64,000 nucleotides of DNA from Antedon mediterranea. Its lineage: Eukaryota > Animalia > Echinodermata. The notes below the pieces were generated by a model. The model was not told the origin of the DNA. It saw only the letters and a list, made by a program, of their open reading frames with translations, and did not search any database. Positions within the stretch are counted from its first letter, which is position 1. The number at the start of each line of letters is the position of its first letter. The stretch is taken from NCBI RefSeq assembly GCF_964355755.1, contig NC_092672.1, positions 10,850,001 through 10,914,000 of the forward strand, in the 5' to 3' direction. This document shows positions 1-13,398 of the stretch, piece by piece. The translations under genes and the position numbers were made by a program.

Positions 1-1584
1 TAATGTAATCAGCGTTATAATTAATTTCAATAATTTAAGCATTGCCTGATTAGTAAAATATTTCATTTTAGGAAAGTCGTGAATAATATTTATTTTGTCA
101 ATATATTTTGAATAGTTTTCAAAAAGTAGCGTAATTCGAAACATTCTACAATATAAGTGCACACAATGTTTATCATTTTTTGTAATCATAAATATTTTAC
201 AAGTAGGTTAACATAAAACAATTCTCACAGTGTGTTCAATGATGTTAAACCAGCAAATACGTTTTCTGGCAATGTTCTTATTTGGTTTCCGTACAAATAC
301 CTTAAAAGTAAAAACAATGCAGAGTAAACATTGATACATGTCAAATTACATTTTCCTATAAATGTATTCTTATGTCTATGTTTGTTGGTAGTCTGAATAT
401 TCGATAAAAATACACTACACTACAGAGTATTTTAGTCTGAATATTCATAAATTATTATAATGTAAACAGCGTTATAATTAATTTCAATAAATTCAGGATT
501 GTCTGATTAGTAAAATATTTCATTTTAGGAAAGTCGTGAATAGCAATTATTTTGTCAATATATTTTGAATAGTTTTCAAAAAGTAGCGTAATTCGAAACA
601 TTCTACAATATAAGTGCACACAATGTTTCTCATTTTTTGTAATCATAAATATTTTACAAGTAGGTTAACATAAAACAATTCTTACAGTTCGTTCAATGAT
701 GTTAAATTAGCAAATACGTTGTCTGGCAATGTACTTATTTGGTTTTTGTGCAAAGCCCTTGAAAGTAAAAACAATGCAGAGTACGTACATTAACATGTCG
801 ACTTACATTACATTCTTATGTACAATATATGTTCGTTGGTAGTGAATATTTAATAAAAATACACTACAGACTTAGTCTGAATATTCATAAATTTTTATAA
901 TGTAATCAGCGTTAAAATTAATTTCACTAATTTCAGCCTGGCCTGTTAGTAACATATTTCATTTTAGGAAAATCGTGAATAATAATTATTTTGCAAGTAG
1001 CGCAATTCGAAACATTGTACAATATAATTTATATATGATTATATATGATTACTGCATGCCTTGGTTTATGACTGAATCTGGTTCTTTTGGCATTTAAAAA
1101 AATTTTAACGGTTTTTAATGATTTGATTTACTGTGTACTTGTATTTACAATATTGTTGTTAGAGTCTGTTGAATTTTTACTTTGTCGGTTGTTTGCAGAA
1201 TTATTCAGCCGGTGGCTGCCTTCTGTTTGTACTATTTATGTGTTTTTTATGAATAAATACCTACATACTTACTTACTATAACTGCACACAATGTTTCAGA
1301 TTTGTTTGTAATCATAAATATTTTACAAGTAGGTTAACATAAAACAATTCTCACAGTATGTTCAATGATGTTAAGCCAGCAAATACGTTGTCTGGCAATG
1401 TACTTATTTGGTTTTCGTACAAATACCTTAAAAGTAAAAACAATGCAGAGTAAGTACATTAACATGTCAACTTACATTGCATTCGTATGTCATATTCGTT
1501 GGTAGTCTGAATATTCAATAAAAATACACTACAGAGTAGTAGTAAACAGTGGTTATTGTGTAAATTGTATCTTTAGACAAGATG

Positions 1585-1800
1585 CTTTACTGACATTGCC
1601 TCGTCTTTCGGATGGAACGTAAAGGCGTTGGTCCCGTGTACATAATAGTGCACGATAAAGAACTTTTCGAAAAGAGTAAGGGGATCTTCTCCCGGTGTTT
1701 TTATCTTGTAAGATACGTAGCAATAAAGTGAAAAATTAAAGAGCAAAATTCCACAATAAAAATGCATACAATGTCTCCGCTAATTTCAAAAGAAATTAAA
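1585..1800 (+). mobile_element. 5'-truncated SINE fragment (Deu/Nin-like central domain)
   Basis: CGGATGGAACGTAAAGGCGTTGGTCCCGTGTAC...GCACGATAAAGAAC...AAGAGTAAGGG...CCCGGTG resembles the central domain of the SINEs at 44393 and 63292. Confidence 0.55.
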
Positions 1801-2531
1801 CAATTCTTACAGTTTTTTCAATGATCTTAAATCAGAAAATACGTTTTCTGGCAATGTTCTTATTTGGTTTCCGTCCAAAGTCCTTAAAAGTAAAAACAAT
1901 GCAGGGTAAGTACATTAACATGTCAACTTACATTTTCTTATAAATGTATTCTTTTTGTTTTGACTTGATTAGTAACAAGGAAAGTAGGGAATATTAAATA
2001 TTTTGTCAATAAATTGTTTAAAAGTTTTCAAAAAGTGGAGCATTTAGAAACATTAAACATTAGTGCATTCCATACAATGTGTCTAATGATCTTAAACAGC
2101 AAATAAATTGGCTGGCAATGTACTTAAATGTTTTTCGTACATATATCAAGTTCGTTGGTAGTATAAATATTTAATAAGAATACACTACAAAGTATCGTAA
2201 TCAGCGTTATAATTGTATGGTTTTTTTATGTATAGGTTGGGAAAATAATTGTTTTTCTATAAATTAATTTGTTATGTCTATGTTCCCCGGTAGACTGAAT
2301 ATTCATAAATTATTATAAATAAACAATGAAATTAACTTCACTAGAATTTACAGTTAAAGACATACCACTGTCTGTAGATGACTCGACAATCACAGTCTCC
2401 CTTCGTAAGTATGGTTGTAAACCCAATATTAAACCACAGGACAACTTACTAATTGTTGTAATAGAGATAGAATCCTTTTTTTTCACTGCCATTCCAAGAA
2501 ACATTAAAGCAAAGATTTGTTTTTATATTAA

Positions 2532-3075
2532 AGATGTATTGTCCCTTTTACTAATTCCAAACACATTTTTTTTTATATTTCGAAAAAAAGTGAGTCATTC
2601 TGAAGTATCATAATAGTTATTAACTTTCACCAACAATTAGTTGAAAAAAAAAAAATTTAACCGAAATACGGACGTTTTTTTGTTTATAAAATAACTTTGA
2701 CTTCCAGTCAAAGTTTTCGATCAAAACATATCTCATAATGCAACGCGCTTGTTTGGCTACTCTGTATGCATAATCATAAAACTTCCTCGCGATCTGTTTG
2801 AAAACACCTTCTCAACCGCGACGAGTTGTAAACAATCCTAATTAGCATCATGCATAATGCATACTCGTGGTTTGAAATCTTTGTTTACTTTCACTCGTGA
2901 CGATTTTCCAGACGAAATGTAATCAAATTAATTTACCTGTTAATTACGTAAACTTATTGTTTTTGCCTCAAATTTTCGACTTAAAGTGAATAACTTTAAT
3001 ATTACTTTGATAAGGCCAATTTAAATTTAGAATATTTTGACCTTCATTTTTTCTGTTTCAATGGACAATACATCT
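2532..3075. mobile_element. Kolobok-like non-autonomous DNA transposon (MITE)
   Basis: TIR AGATGTATTGTCC...GGACAATACATCT flanked by TTAA on both sides (2528-2531, 3076-3079). Confidence 0.75.
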
Positions 3076-4632
3076 TTAATTGACAAGAAAATAAAACAAA
3101 ATATATTCCTCTTTTGGAAGTAATTTCCAGGGTGCTAATTTTAGTTGAGTCATAGGTTTTGAATATAAAACAATTCTTACAGTAATAAACTATTTTACTG
3201 TGTTGAAGTCTATGTTTTGTTGTAATCACCATTATAAATAATGTATAGGCCTAAGTATTTGAAAATAAAACAATGCTTACAGTTTGTTCAATGATGTTAA
3301 ACCAGCAAATACGTTGTCTGGCAATGTCCTTATTGTGTTATTGGACAACCGCCTTAAAAGTAAAAACAATGCAGAGTAAGTATACATTAATACATGTCAA
3401 CTTACATTTTCATTAAAATGTATTCTTATGTCTATGTTCGTTGGTAGTCTGAATATTCAATAAAAATAAACTACAAAGTATCGTATTGAGCGTTAATTTC
3501 ACTAATTTCAGGATTACCTGATTAGTAAAATAATAATAATTATGTTGTCAATAAATGTTTTAATAGTTTTCAAAAAGTGGCGCAAAAATTCTACAATTTA
3601 AGTGAATATAATGTTTCTCCTTTGTTATAATCATCAATATAAATATTTCACAAGAATTAATACATGTAAAAAACATTTTCTTGTAAATGTATTGTTATGT
3701 CTATGTAAGTTGGTAGTTTGAATATTGTAATCAGCGTTATAATTGCATCGCCTTGTTGGTAAAATACACTAACAATAATAATATTGAGAATTATTTGAGA
3801 ACTTTGTTGTCTCCCTATTTAACGTCATGCTGAGAGTTGTCTCTGTTGTCAAGATTTCCAGAAAATAAAGACTACTAGTTCTATATAACGCAATATTGAA
3901 AAGATTTTTGTTGAGATCGTTGTTGAACCGAACGTAATGGTAAAATTCCGAATAGAAAAGCACCGAATGCTAAAGGAGCCGAATGGATTAATGATAAAAA
4001 GGCATTACAAAATAACATTTTGATAATATATATTTCGACTTACTATAGGCCTTACTATGCTATATAAAATACTATATTTGTTATGTCTGAATTTCGATTA
4101 AGAGATATGCAACAAATTTAAGTTCTTTTGATCTTCGATGATTCGCCTCTTGGTGGTGAATTCATTGTTGCAAATCACATGTTCGCTCGAGAATCGTCCG
4201 ATTCGGTGACCGCGTCGCGAAATCAACAATATGGACGGGAAGGCACAGGACGGTGCTCAAGAATAATTTATGCAAGAGCTTTAACAAAGTGAGCGGAGCT
4301 TTAGCCTGAAATTCCGTCGTCTTAACTTTTTGAAGACGCGCACGATAAAGTTGCCATTTTCCCGTTTACGGAGAACGACTAGAAATAATGTACATATACC
4401 TTATATATACAGCTCAAATTACACTTAAATGTGGAATTTTAAAAACTCTAACTAATATTTGAACTTTACTAATTTCAATGTTTACGTAGAAGATCGTCGA
4501 TTATTGTTAAGGATAGCGTCGACAGGAAAACAGGTTTAATTTTTCAGATGTAGTGTGTCATTTTGTAACGGCTAACTAGCTAAAAACACCAGTATCTTAG
4601 AACTTCGCAATTTCACTAAAAGACGCTCCAGT

Positions 4633-6612
4633 TCGGTTAATAGAAGACCTGCTTTATTATACAGAGTGTAATGATATCGAAGGGGCAATAATTACCGTAG
4701 ATTTTAAGAAGGCTTTTGACTCTATTAGTAGAGATTTTATGTTCAATGTTCTAGAAAAGTTTAACTTTGGAATGTTCTTTTGTAACTGGGTAAAAGTATT
4801 ATACAATAACGTTGAATGTGTCACAGTTAACAATGGTTTGGTTTCAAACAATTTTAAAATGGAAAGAGGTATTAGACAAGGTTGTCCTCTATCTGCTCTG
4901 TTATTCATTTTAGTGGTTGAAGTAATGGCATCTAGAATAAGAAACAAAGATGACTATAAGGGTATTAAACTTCCAAATAATGAAAATAACATAGAAGCTA
5001 GAATAAGCCAATTAGCCGATGATACTGTTTTGTATGTTGGTCAGTCAGTGTAATTGAACGTTTTTCTGAAGTATCTGGAATGACACTAAATAAAAAAAAA
5101 ACCAATGCTTTTTGGATTGGTAAATGGAAGAACAGAATAGATAGACCTTTAGAATTAAATTGGGTAAAACACCCGATCAAAATTTTAGGCATATATGTAG
5201 GGTATAATACAGAAGAATGTACCAGAAAAAACTGGGATGTTAAATTAATAGAGCTAGAAAAGACTTTAAAACAATGGAATGCTAGAAATCTCTCAATTTT
5301 TGGTAGAATATTAATCCTGAAAAGTCTTGCACTATCTAAATTAACATATGCTGCAAATATCACTGATGTTCCAAAATATGTATATACACAAGTTACAAAT
5401 CTAATATATAATTTTATTTGGAACAATAAAAGGGAAAAGATAAAAAGAAAAACTCTAATTGGTGAGGTTGAGATGGGAGGCATTAAAATGCCTGATTTTA
5501 CTCTTCATGTTAACGCACTCATGTGTGGCTGGTTAAAAAGAATTATGAATGATGATGGTGCTAAATGGAAAAATATTCCAATGTATTATATTAAAAAAAT
5601 ATGTGATGTTAATGTTTTACTTAATATGTCATGTTATAACACTATTGATGTTAATTCTGATAAAATTCCACTGTTTTACAAAAATATGATAAAAGCCTAC
5701 ATAAATTATAACAGGATCTCTAAAAAAAAACCTGAAACTTATAACGATATAATGAATGAGCAACTGTGGGGAAACCACTACGTTAAACTAAAGCATTGGA
5801 TTGACAGTGGCATTATCAGTATTAAAGACATTGTTAATAAGAACACTTTTTTAACATCAAACGAAATACTGGTGAAACTACAATGTAAAACAAACTGGTT
5901 AAATGAGTATTTGTGCATTATTAAGGCAATATCAATTCAATGGAAACGTATTATTAAGGAGGTAGATATTTTCAATTGTGATGATAATGATGAATTAGTT
6001 GGGACCAAGTATGAGATTAATACTACCAAACTAATATACTCATGGTTTGTGAAAGAATATTTCATTATTCCAATGTCACAACTAAAATGGGAAGAGTACT
6101 TCAATGATAACAACATTGATTGGAAAACTTCTTGGTTACGGAAAGTATGTAAAATGAAAGATAAGAAACTAGCACAATTCAATTATAAGATGTTACATAG
6201 AATACTGCCTACCAACAAACGGCTGTATCAGTGGAAAGTTAAGGAAACACAAACGTGTGACAAATGTGGAGAAATTGAAAATGAAAATCATTTGTTTTTT
6301 AGTTGTAGATTTATTCAGAAATATTGGAGGAAAATGCTTAGTATCTTTGTAAGTTTAAATCACAATAATATATCATTTAAACAATTAATACTAGGAACGG
6401 GAGATAAGCTAATAGATTATATTTACACTTTTGCAGCATTTACTATTTATATAATAAAAATGTTATCTGCACTAAATAAGCCAGTGGGTAAATCTTTATG
6501 GAATTCATTTAAAAGCAATATGTTATATAACATTGAATGTGAAACATATAACAATAAAGAAACAAGTATAGAAAAATGGGTAGCTTTAAGAAATAAGATT
6601 ATGATAATATAA
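4633..6612 (+). pseudogene. LINE ORF2 (reverse transcriptase) remnant, truncated and frameshifted near 5045
   Basis: ORFs 4739-5053 and 5080-6612 are consecutive parts of one RT protein in different frames. There is no endonuclease domain because of the 5' truncation. Confidence 0.88.
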
Positions 6613-6966
6613 TTTCTAATTTGATACGATTAACCGAAAAAGAATTACAGTGATACGGGTTACTGGTGCTACTGAGCTATTATTGTTTTTTTATCATGTA
6701 TATAAATATATTGTATAATCCGGGTTGTAAAATGAAAACAAACAAATGAAAATGTGTGAACTATTTTAAAACGGGATAGATGATAATGATGATCCTGTCA
6801 AGTGTATAACAAAATATAAGAAAATTAATGAAAAAAGGAGTAATACAGAATTCATATATGTTAAAATGTTACAAGTTAAATAATACGATTTTATGTAATA
6901 TGAGATAATATGAATGTGAATAAAAGTGGTGTTTGCGCCACAAAAGAGAGAAAAAAAAAAAAAAAA
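4633..6966 (+). mobile_element. 5'-truncated non-LTR retrotransposon, L1/Tx1 clade
   Basis: RT motifs VDFKKAFDS, RGIRQGCPLSALLF and QLADD, and a C-terminal CxxC..H...C zinc knuckle (CDKCGEIENENHLFFSC). AATAAA near 6919 and a poly(A) tail. 8-bp TSD GCTCCAGT at 4625-4632 and 6967-6974. Confidence 0.92.
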
Positions 6967-7449
6967 GCTCCAGTGTATTGATGAATTTTATTATGATTGA
7001 ATAACTATTTTCTGTATTTTGATGTACAATTTATGTTAAAAAGTAATTTATTTTTAATATGTGAGATGATTATTTTACTTATTTTATAGATACACTATGT
7101 ACTTACTCATTTTTCTTAGTGTAGGCGCAATGTCGTCGAATTACCTTTTTTAAAACCCCAGGGATTCACGTGCATTCATCGGCGTAATTTCGCTGGATTA
7201 TTTTCTTCATGTATCACTGAAGTTGAGTAAAAAATACAACTGTGGAAGCGCAAATTCGCAGAGTCACCGATGACCAATGAGTTTAAGCATATTGCCGATG
7301 ATTACTCAGCAAATATTTGCATAACAAAGATGGACACGACCTGAAAACTGTCGGCAAGTGCGACACAAAATGACGTAGGCCTACTATGTCGAAATTCGGC
7401 TTACTATTTCTAAATAACATTTATACATATGTGCAATGATTAAGCTTCC

Positions 7450-8700
7450 GTAAAACAAATCTTACAGATTTTGCAATGATGTTAAACCACGGAGGTAAAA
7501 ATTGTTCTTTACCTCCATGGTTATAGCAGCATCAAATACGTTGGCTGACAATGTACTTATTTGGTTTCTGGACAAAGACCTTAACAATAGAAACAATATA
7601 AAAATGTCAATAACTGTCTGTCTGTTGGTAGTCTGAATATTAAAAAATAAATACACTTAAAAGTATTTAATCAGCGTTGTAATTAATTTAACTCATTCCA
7701 GGATTGCCCCTTCAATAATAAACTTGTTATTGTAGTAAAGTCAGAAATAATAACTATTTTGTCAAATAAATTTATAAATATTCAAAGTAAAGCATTTAGA
7801 AACATTACATTAGTGCACAAAATTTCACACGTATATAAAACTATTCTTACAGATATTCCAATGATGTTAAACCACGGAGGTAAAAATTGTTCTTTACCTC
7901 CATGGTTATAGCAGCATCAAATACGTTGGCTGACAATGTACTTATTGTGTTATTGTACAAATACCTTAAATGTAACAAGGCCATTATATGGCTGCAGTCG
8001 CGTGCTCAAATTTGAGTTCGTGTTTACCGACCGACAAACCGACCGACCAACCGACCGAAATATTTATTAATTTGTTATTTGTATTGACCAATCACAAACA
8101 GCCTTTCGTCGCGTCTATAGAGGGCGAACAACAAATGAGGGCGCTATGTAGGCCTATGCATAGTTTAAATAGTTGTTTTATTTCGTCAAGCAACTTACGT
8201 GACGTGGCGTGTAAAACGTAGTCTCGTGATGATGTGGATTAATCTACGTGAGTTCAATTCCCAGTAGATGACTTTTGTTTATTTTTTGCCACACGCAAAT
8301 TACACAGTCAATATCAAACTCCTCGAGAATTTACTGGATTTTATATGTTATATGGTACACGATAATCACGCGAAAATATCATCGTACTTGAGGAAATATA
8401 CGATTTACGATCGTCGCAGCAGTAGTCATGTGATGCAGTTTCAACCAATCACGTTCACATATTTATTATATGTAATATAATAAAATACTGTACCGTAATC
8501 AGCGTTATAGTTAATTTACTAATTTCAGGATTGCCTGTTTAGTAAAGTACTTTATGGCGCAATTGGAAAATTCTACAATATATATGCACAAAAATATTTC
8601 TGATTTCACAAGTACATGTATTTGAAAAAAAACTAAATTCTTACAGTCGTTCAGTGATTTTAAACCAACAAATACATTGGCTGACAAGAACTTATTATAG
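7450..8700. repeat. Further diverged copies of the ~450-bp tandem repeat, with an embedded (GACC)n-bearing element fragment (~7975-8480)
   Basis: Same AATCAGCGTT/CAAATACGTTGGCTGACAATG blocks as in 1-3760. Confidence 0.7.
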
Positions 8701-11060
8701 TAGAGTAATACAAGTCGAGGAGTTTATATTCAAAAACCGATAGGCTAAATGGCATTAAACAAAATCTAGATGTGCAAATTGCCAGAATGTTGCAAAAATC
8801 TGTTGATCAATGTTTATATTGCGAATCAATTTCACGTTTTGTTGCCAAGATAAGTACCATGCCAATGATTCTTTATTCCTTAGTCACGTCTAAGAAATAA
8901 CGACAGTGCCCTTTGACGTCATTTTAGTAAAGCTGGTGTTTACATATTATTGGTATTGCAATTCTTTAAATAATTTCATATTCCAGTCAATTGTAACTAT
9001 TACATGCAATAACATGATAAGAATTCTTAGAGATATTCCAATTCTAACCAATTAGGTTTAGGCCTATAGCCAATTTCAATGTTACTCAATAACAGAAAGC
9101 TAATTATTTCTTCTTTTCGTGTTTTAATTGTTGTTTGTATGGTTACGGTCAGATACCTAAATGAAGACTTATCAAAGTAGTATCACACTTACAAACGTTT
9201 TATTGGATAATATCGATTGTACTGAGTGATTTCAGCAGCTGTTTGATTACTCCATGAAGAGCACCATACACGGTCGTTATAACAGTCACAAGCACTTGGA
9301 CATGCTGCGTCTGTAACATGTAAACAATAATAAAACATCTAAAAATAATCCAAACCACTCAGGAATAATAGTTTAAATAAATTGATAAATAAATAAAATT
9401 AAATTTTGATTTTCAGTCAATTTTATTTGTTATTACTTGTTCTTACTCACTAATAAATTATATGAGTAGTTTTTAAAAACATATAATAATTACGATAGGC
9501 ATTTTAAATTACAAATTTCTTTATGATGTAGTTTGTATTGAAGATTATAAAAAAATGATAGTATGCTCCCAAAAAATGAGAAAAAAAATATTATAAACTG
9601 AAAATAATAACAGAGATAATAGTACATTGATGTGATTTCGCGCCGTTCAGCGGAAATCGCCTGGAAATACCGTACAAATAATTGTAATATTTGAAACCAC
9701 TTAAAATAAAATTAAAGATGAAAAATAAGATTTTTTTTTATAATGAAGAATATTATGGAAACATAGAAAAAGATATAAATATGGACCGACACATTATTGT
9801 ACGGTGGTATTGCAAATGGAAATGATAACCTTATGAAGTTAAATTAATAGCTATCATAATTATTATGAAAGTTAAATTAATTTATTAACAATGATGGCTT
9901 GAATTGTTGTTATGTAGCCTGGTTTTGTATACATTGTACTTTGTACATTTTCTAAAAATGACTGTGTTCTAAATCAAATTAACGGAGAATAATAATAATA
10001 ATAATAATAATAATAGGTGAAGGGGTCTAATAAGAATAAGAACTAAAGCGTCCTCATATATTGTTAAAGAATGAATTGTTTAGTTTGTACAATTTAATGT
10101 CCTTAATGTTAGGACCCAATTGGTCAAATTATTTGCGTTGTGTTTAGAGTAGGAGCCAAGCTTTGGTATTTCATCATAAAAATGCACTTTATAAAGGATA
10201 AAAATGGAAAAGGACCCGTGTGGCCTAAATATGAGCATGAAACTATTTTTACACGTTACGTTATCATTTTATTTAACAGAGGTGCTTAACAGACCATTAT
10301 TATTAATTGTGATGTTACTATAAGACATATCATAATATAACTAACTGAAAAATAAACTCAATCCTACCTTTAGAACTTGTACAGTATAACGGAAAGACTA
10401 CCAAAATTAGGATGATTTTAAAGATGGCCATCTCGTCTGCATCACACGAACTGCTCTTCACAATAGAACTAAACAAACATAGTCGCGAGGTAGAATGTAA
10501 AAGAAACTTACAATTGTTTAATGCTTCTTTGTGAATCCTTAAAGATATAAGTTAGGGGAAATTATAAAACTTCACTTGTCAGATTATTTAATGGTTGTGA
10601 AGTGGATGTATAATGTAGGCCTATATTGAATGAATTAATATTTTATTTGAAATTAATAATTATTAAAAACAGATGCTATATTCAACGTATCCAATGAGAT
10701 TACCATAAGTTGTTATTATTTCTCTCTTTCTCGATGGTTTTGGGATCGATGATAGATCAATATACTAAGGTTGTATGTATAATTTATTGTAAATAATGGT
10801 TACGAAAATAAAAAAGGCAGCTGTAAAATGTTTCATTTAAAATACGCTTCCGATTATTGAGTTTAATATTTAGTTAGTACTTCAGATCACGTATATATGT
10901 AATTCTTCTTTTTATTCTTTTTAAAGTCAGTTAATATTTGCATCAGACTGCATTGATAATATTAATAAGACAACGGCACATGACACAATGATTTGTGTCG
11001 ATAAAAATTCATTTTAATTCAATATAATTTCCTATAACTCCTCTGTAATACTTTGTTTAA

Positions 11061-11212
11061 AGATGTATTCTCCCTAAACCCCCCACCCCACTCCATGAAG
11101 ATTAATAAAATGAGACTAGGATAGGCCATTAATAGTTTTAACCAAATTGATCACTTCCATAGAAAAAAAAAAACACGAAACAAATCATGTTTTCAGGGGG
11201 ACAAATACATCT
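11061..11212. mobile_element. Kolobok-like MITE, short degenerate copy
   Basis: TTAA|AGATGTATTCTCCC...GGGGACAAATACATCT. It lies in one copy of a diverged local duplication (~10780-11420 vs ~11590-11940); the other copy lacks it. Confidence 0.55.
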
Positions 11213-12559
11213 TTGTGGTTTCAGATTCAGACAAAATCATGTAGGCCTACATTTAAACATTACAATAAGAATTATTGGTGATACGGTGTCTAATTGCTGT
11301 TCTACCGATTATACGTTTGGAATACTCATAACAAAGTAAATGAAAAATAAATAAAAATTTAAAAAATGAAAAGATTATTGCCTACTAATTTGACGTTTTT
11401 AAAACATGCAATACATTTCAAAATGATATTGATAGTAATAAATCTTTACTTGATGTCAAATTGTGTTGTCGTGAGATGAATTATAATATGAACAATATCT
11501 TTGAATTGACGTTTACTTTCCAAAAATTTGAGTAATAATTGATGGTTTGGGTGGATGACGCTAACTTTGTATTTTACCGTTATTGTATATAGAACTAATG
11601 GTTATGAAAATCACAAAAACAGAGGTAAAATGTTTTATTTAAGATACGCTTCCGATGATTGAGTTTATTATTTATTTAGTATTGACGTATATGTAATTTC
11701 CCTTTATTCTTATGTAGGCCTAAGTCAGTTAATATTTTATCAATGTATTGAGGTGGATGATTCAAAAGACAACGACACATGACACAATCATTGTGACGTG
11801 TCGATAACAATTTAATAATTTCTTTATACTCTATACTGTAATACTTTGTTTATACCATGTTTTGTTCTACAGATACGTTTTGGAATACTCATAAATAAAA
11901 CAGAAAAGCCTAATAATTTGACGTTTTGCAATACATTTAATTCAAGGCATAAATTAATAGCTGTTTTAAATACACGATACAATCTCCCGGTTGAATCTAT
12001 CTCACAACGGCATCGGATACAAAAACTATAAAGTAACGCTTGATCACGCTGCTATGAATATCGCTTAGACTTCTGATAATGCATAATTTTGAAATACATT
12101 TTGTAAAAATATACCGTATATAATATCAACATTTTTGAAACATAATCACAATAATCAAGAAGTTTGCATGGAGGCCAATAACTGCAGAGGATAGGATTGG
12201 CTTATATTTATAGTTTATACTTATTTTATTTTCAACATGTTATTGGTGTTATACACAGATGGCTTGAAATAAAAAATAAAGAATAAAGAATTATTAAAAG
12301 ATGTTTTAGTGGATTTTCTGAAACAAAAGTGGACGAGTAGTGTTATAAGAAATGAGCTTGGCGCGCCGGTGTAAGATTGAAATGTGTCCATCATTCAAAA
12401 GTGTCCAGTTGCATGTTCCAACAATTTAATGCTGTCCGGCCCGTTTAATAATGTCTGAGATTTGAGATTCAGGTTTTGATCGTGGTTGCGCATGCACTTG
12501 TCTTTTTTAACGACCACTATTGTTAATAATGCCAAACTAGTTTTTATTTTTCAAAGATC

Positions 12560-12955
12560 TCTTTGTTTAAAACACCTCCAATTAGCGACCATTATATTAT
12601 TTGGTATCAATAAAGACAAGAATAATAAATAATAATATGATAATAATAATCATGTGATAAAAACAAGTAATTATACTGGTCCTCTTCCAATTAAAAATCA
12701 CTTTAGTTTAAACACTTTCAATTAGCGACCATTTTATTATTTTTTATGAATAAAGACAAGGAGAGTAAATAGTTTATAATCATGTGACAAAAAACAAGTA
12801 ACTGTACTGGTCCTCTTCCAGTTATAGGTCACTTTAGTTTAAGACACTTCCGATTAGCGACCGTTATATTATTTTGTATGAGTAAACCAAGAAGAATAAA
12901 TAGTTTTTAAAATCATGTGATAAAAACAAGTAATTGTATTGGTCCTCTTCCAATT
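12560..12955. repeat. Tandem repeat, ~135-bp unit, 3 copies
   Basis: ATTAGCGACC...ATCATGTGA...GGTCCTCTTCCA occurs three times. Confidence 0.8.
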
Positions 12956-12957
12956 AA

Positions 12958-13265
12958 AGATATATTGTCCCCCAAAAACATGAAAAATGTTTGAATATGT
13001 TATTTTGTAGTTTTAATCAAGCTAATCACTTCTATAGAAAAAAAAATCATGTTTTCACATATAAAAAATGACAAAATAAATGGTAAATTCAACCAAAAAT
13101 CCATTGGCTGGCAGCCAATTTGATAATTTTTGGCTTTAGGCCTAAATTACATTTTTTTCAGGTAAATACATTTTTTTCGATCCAGTTTTTTGTCAAAGTG
13201 GATAACTATTATGTTACATTAAAATGGAATATTCAACACACATTTTTTAAAGAATTTTTACATCT
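12958..13265. mobile_element. Kolobok-like MITE
   Basis: TTAA-flanked AGATATATTGTCCCCC...TACATCT; internally similar to the copy at 50842-51130. Confidence 0.7.
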
Positions 13266-13398
13266 TTAAAGATCGCTTTAAACTATTTGATTAATTATAG
13301 TTGCATGCATGACACTTCCAATATCTATCTTGCGCCCAGTAGCGGCGCTATACAATCTTTGGTTTTTGACGACGACATGATTTTTGATCTCTGATTTA

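Larger units (their letters stand above)
1..3760. repeat. Diverged tandem repeat, ~450-bp unit
   Basis: Blocks such as AATCAGCGTTATAATTAATTTC and GATGTTAAACCAGCAAATACG...GGCAATG recur roughly every 450 bp (e.g. near 7, 465, 904). The array is interrupted by SINE and MITE insertions. Confidence 0.85.
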
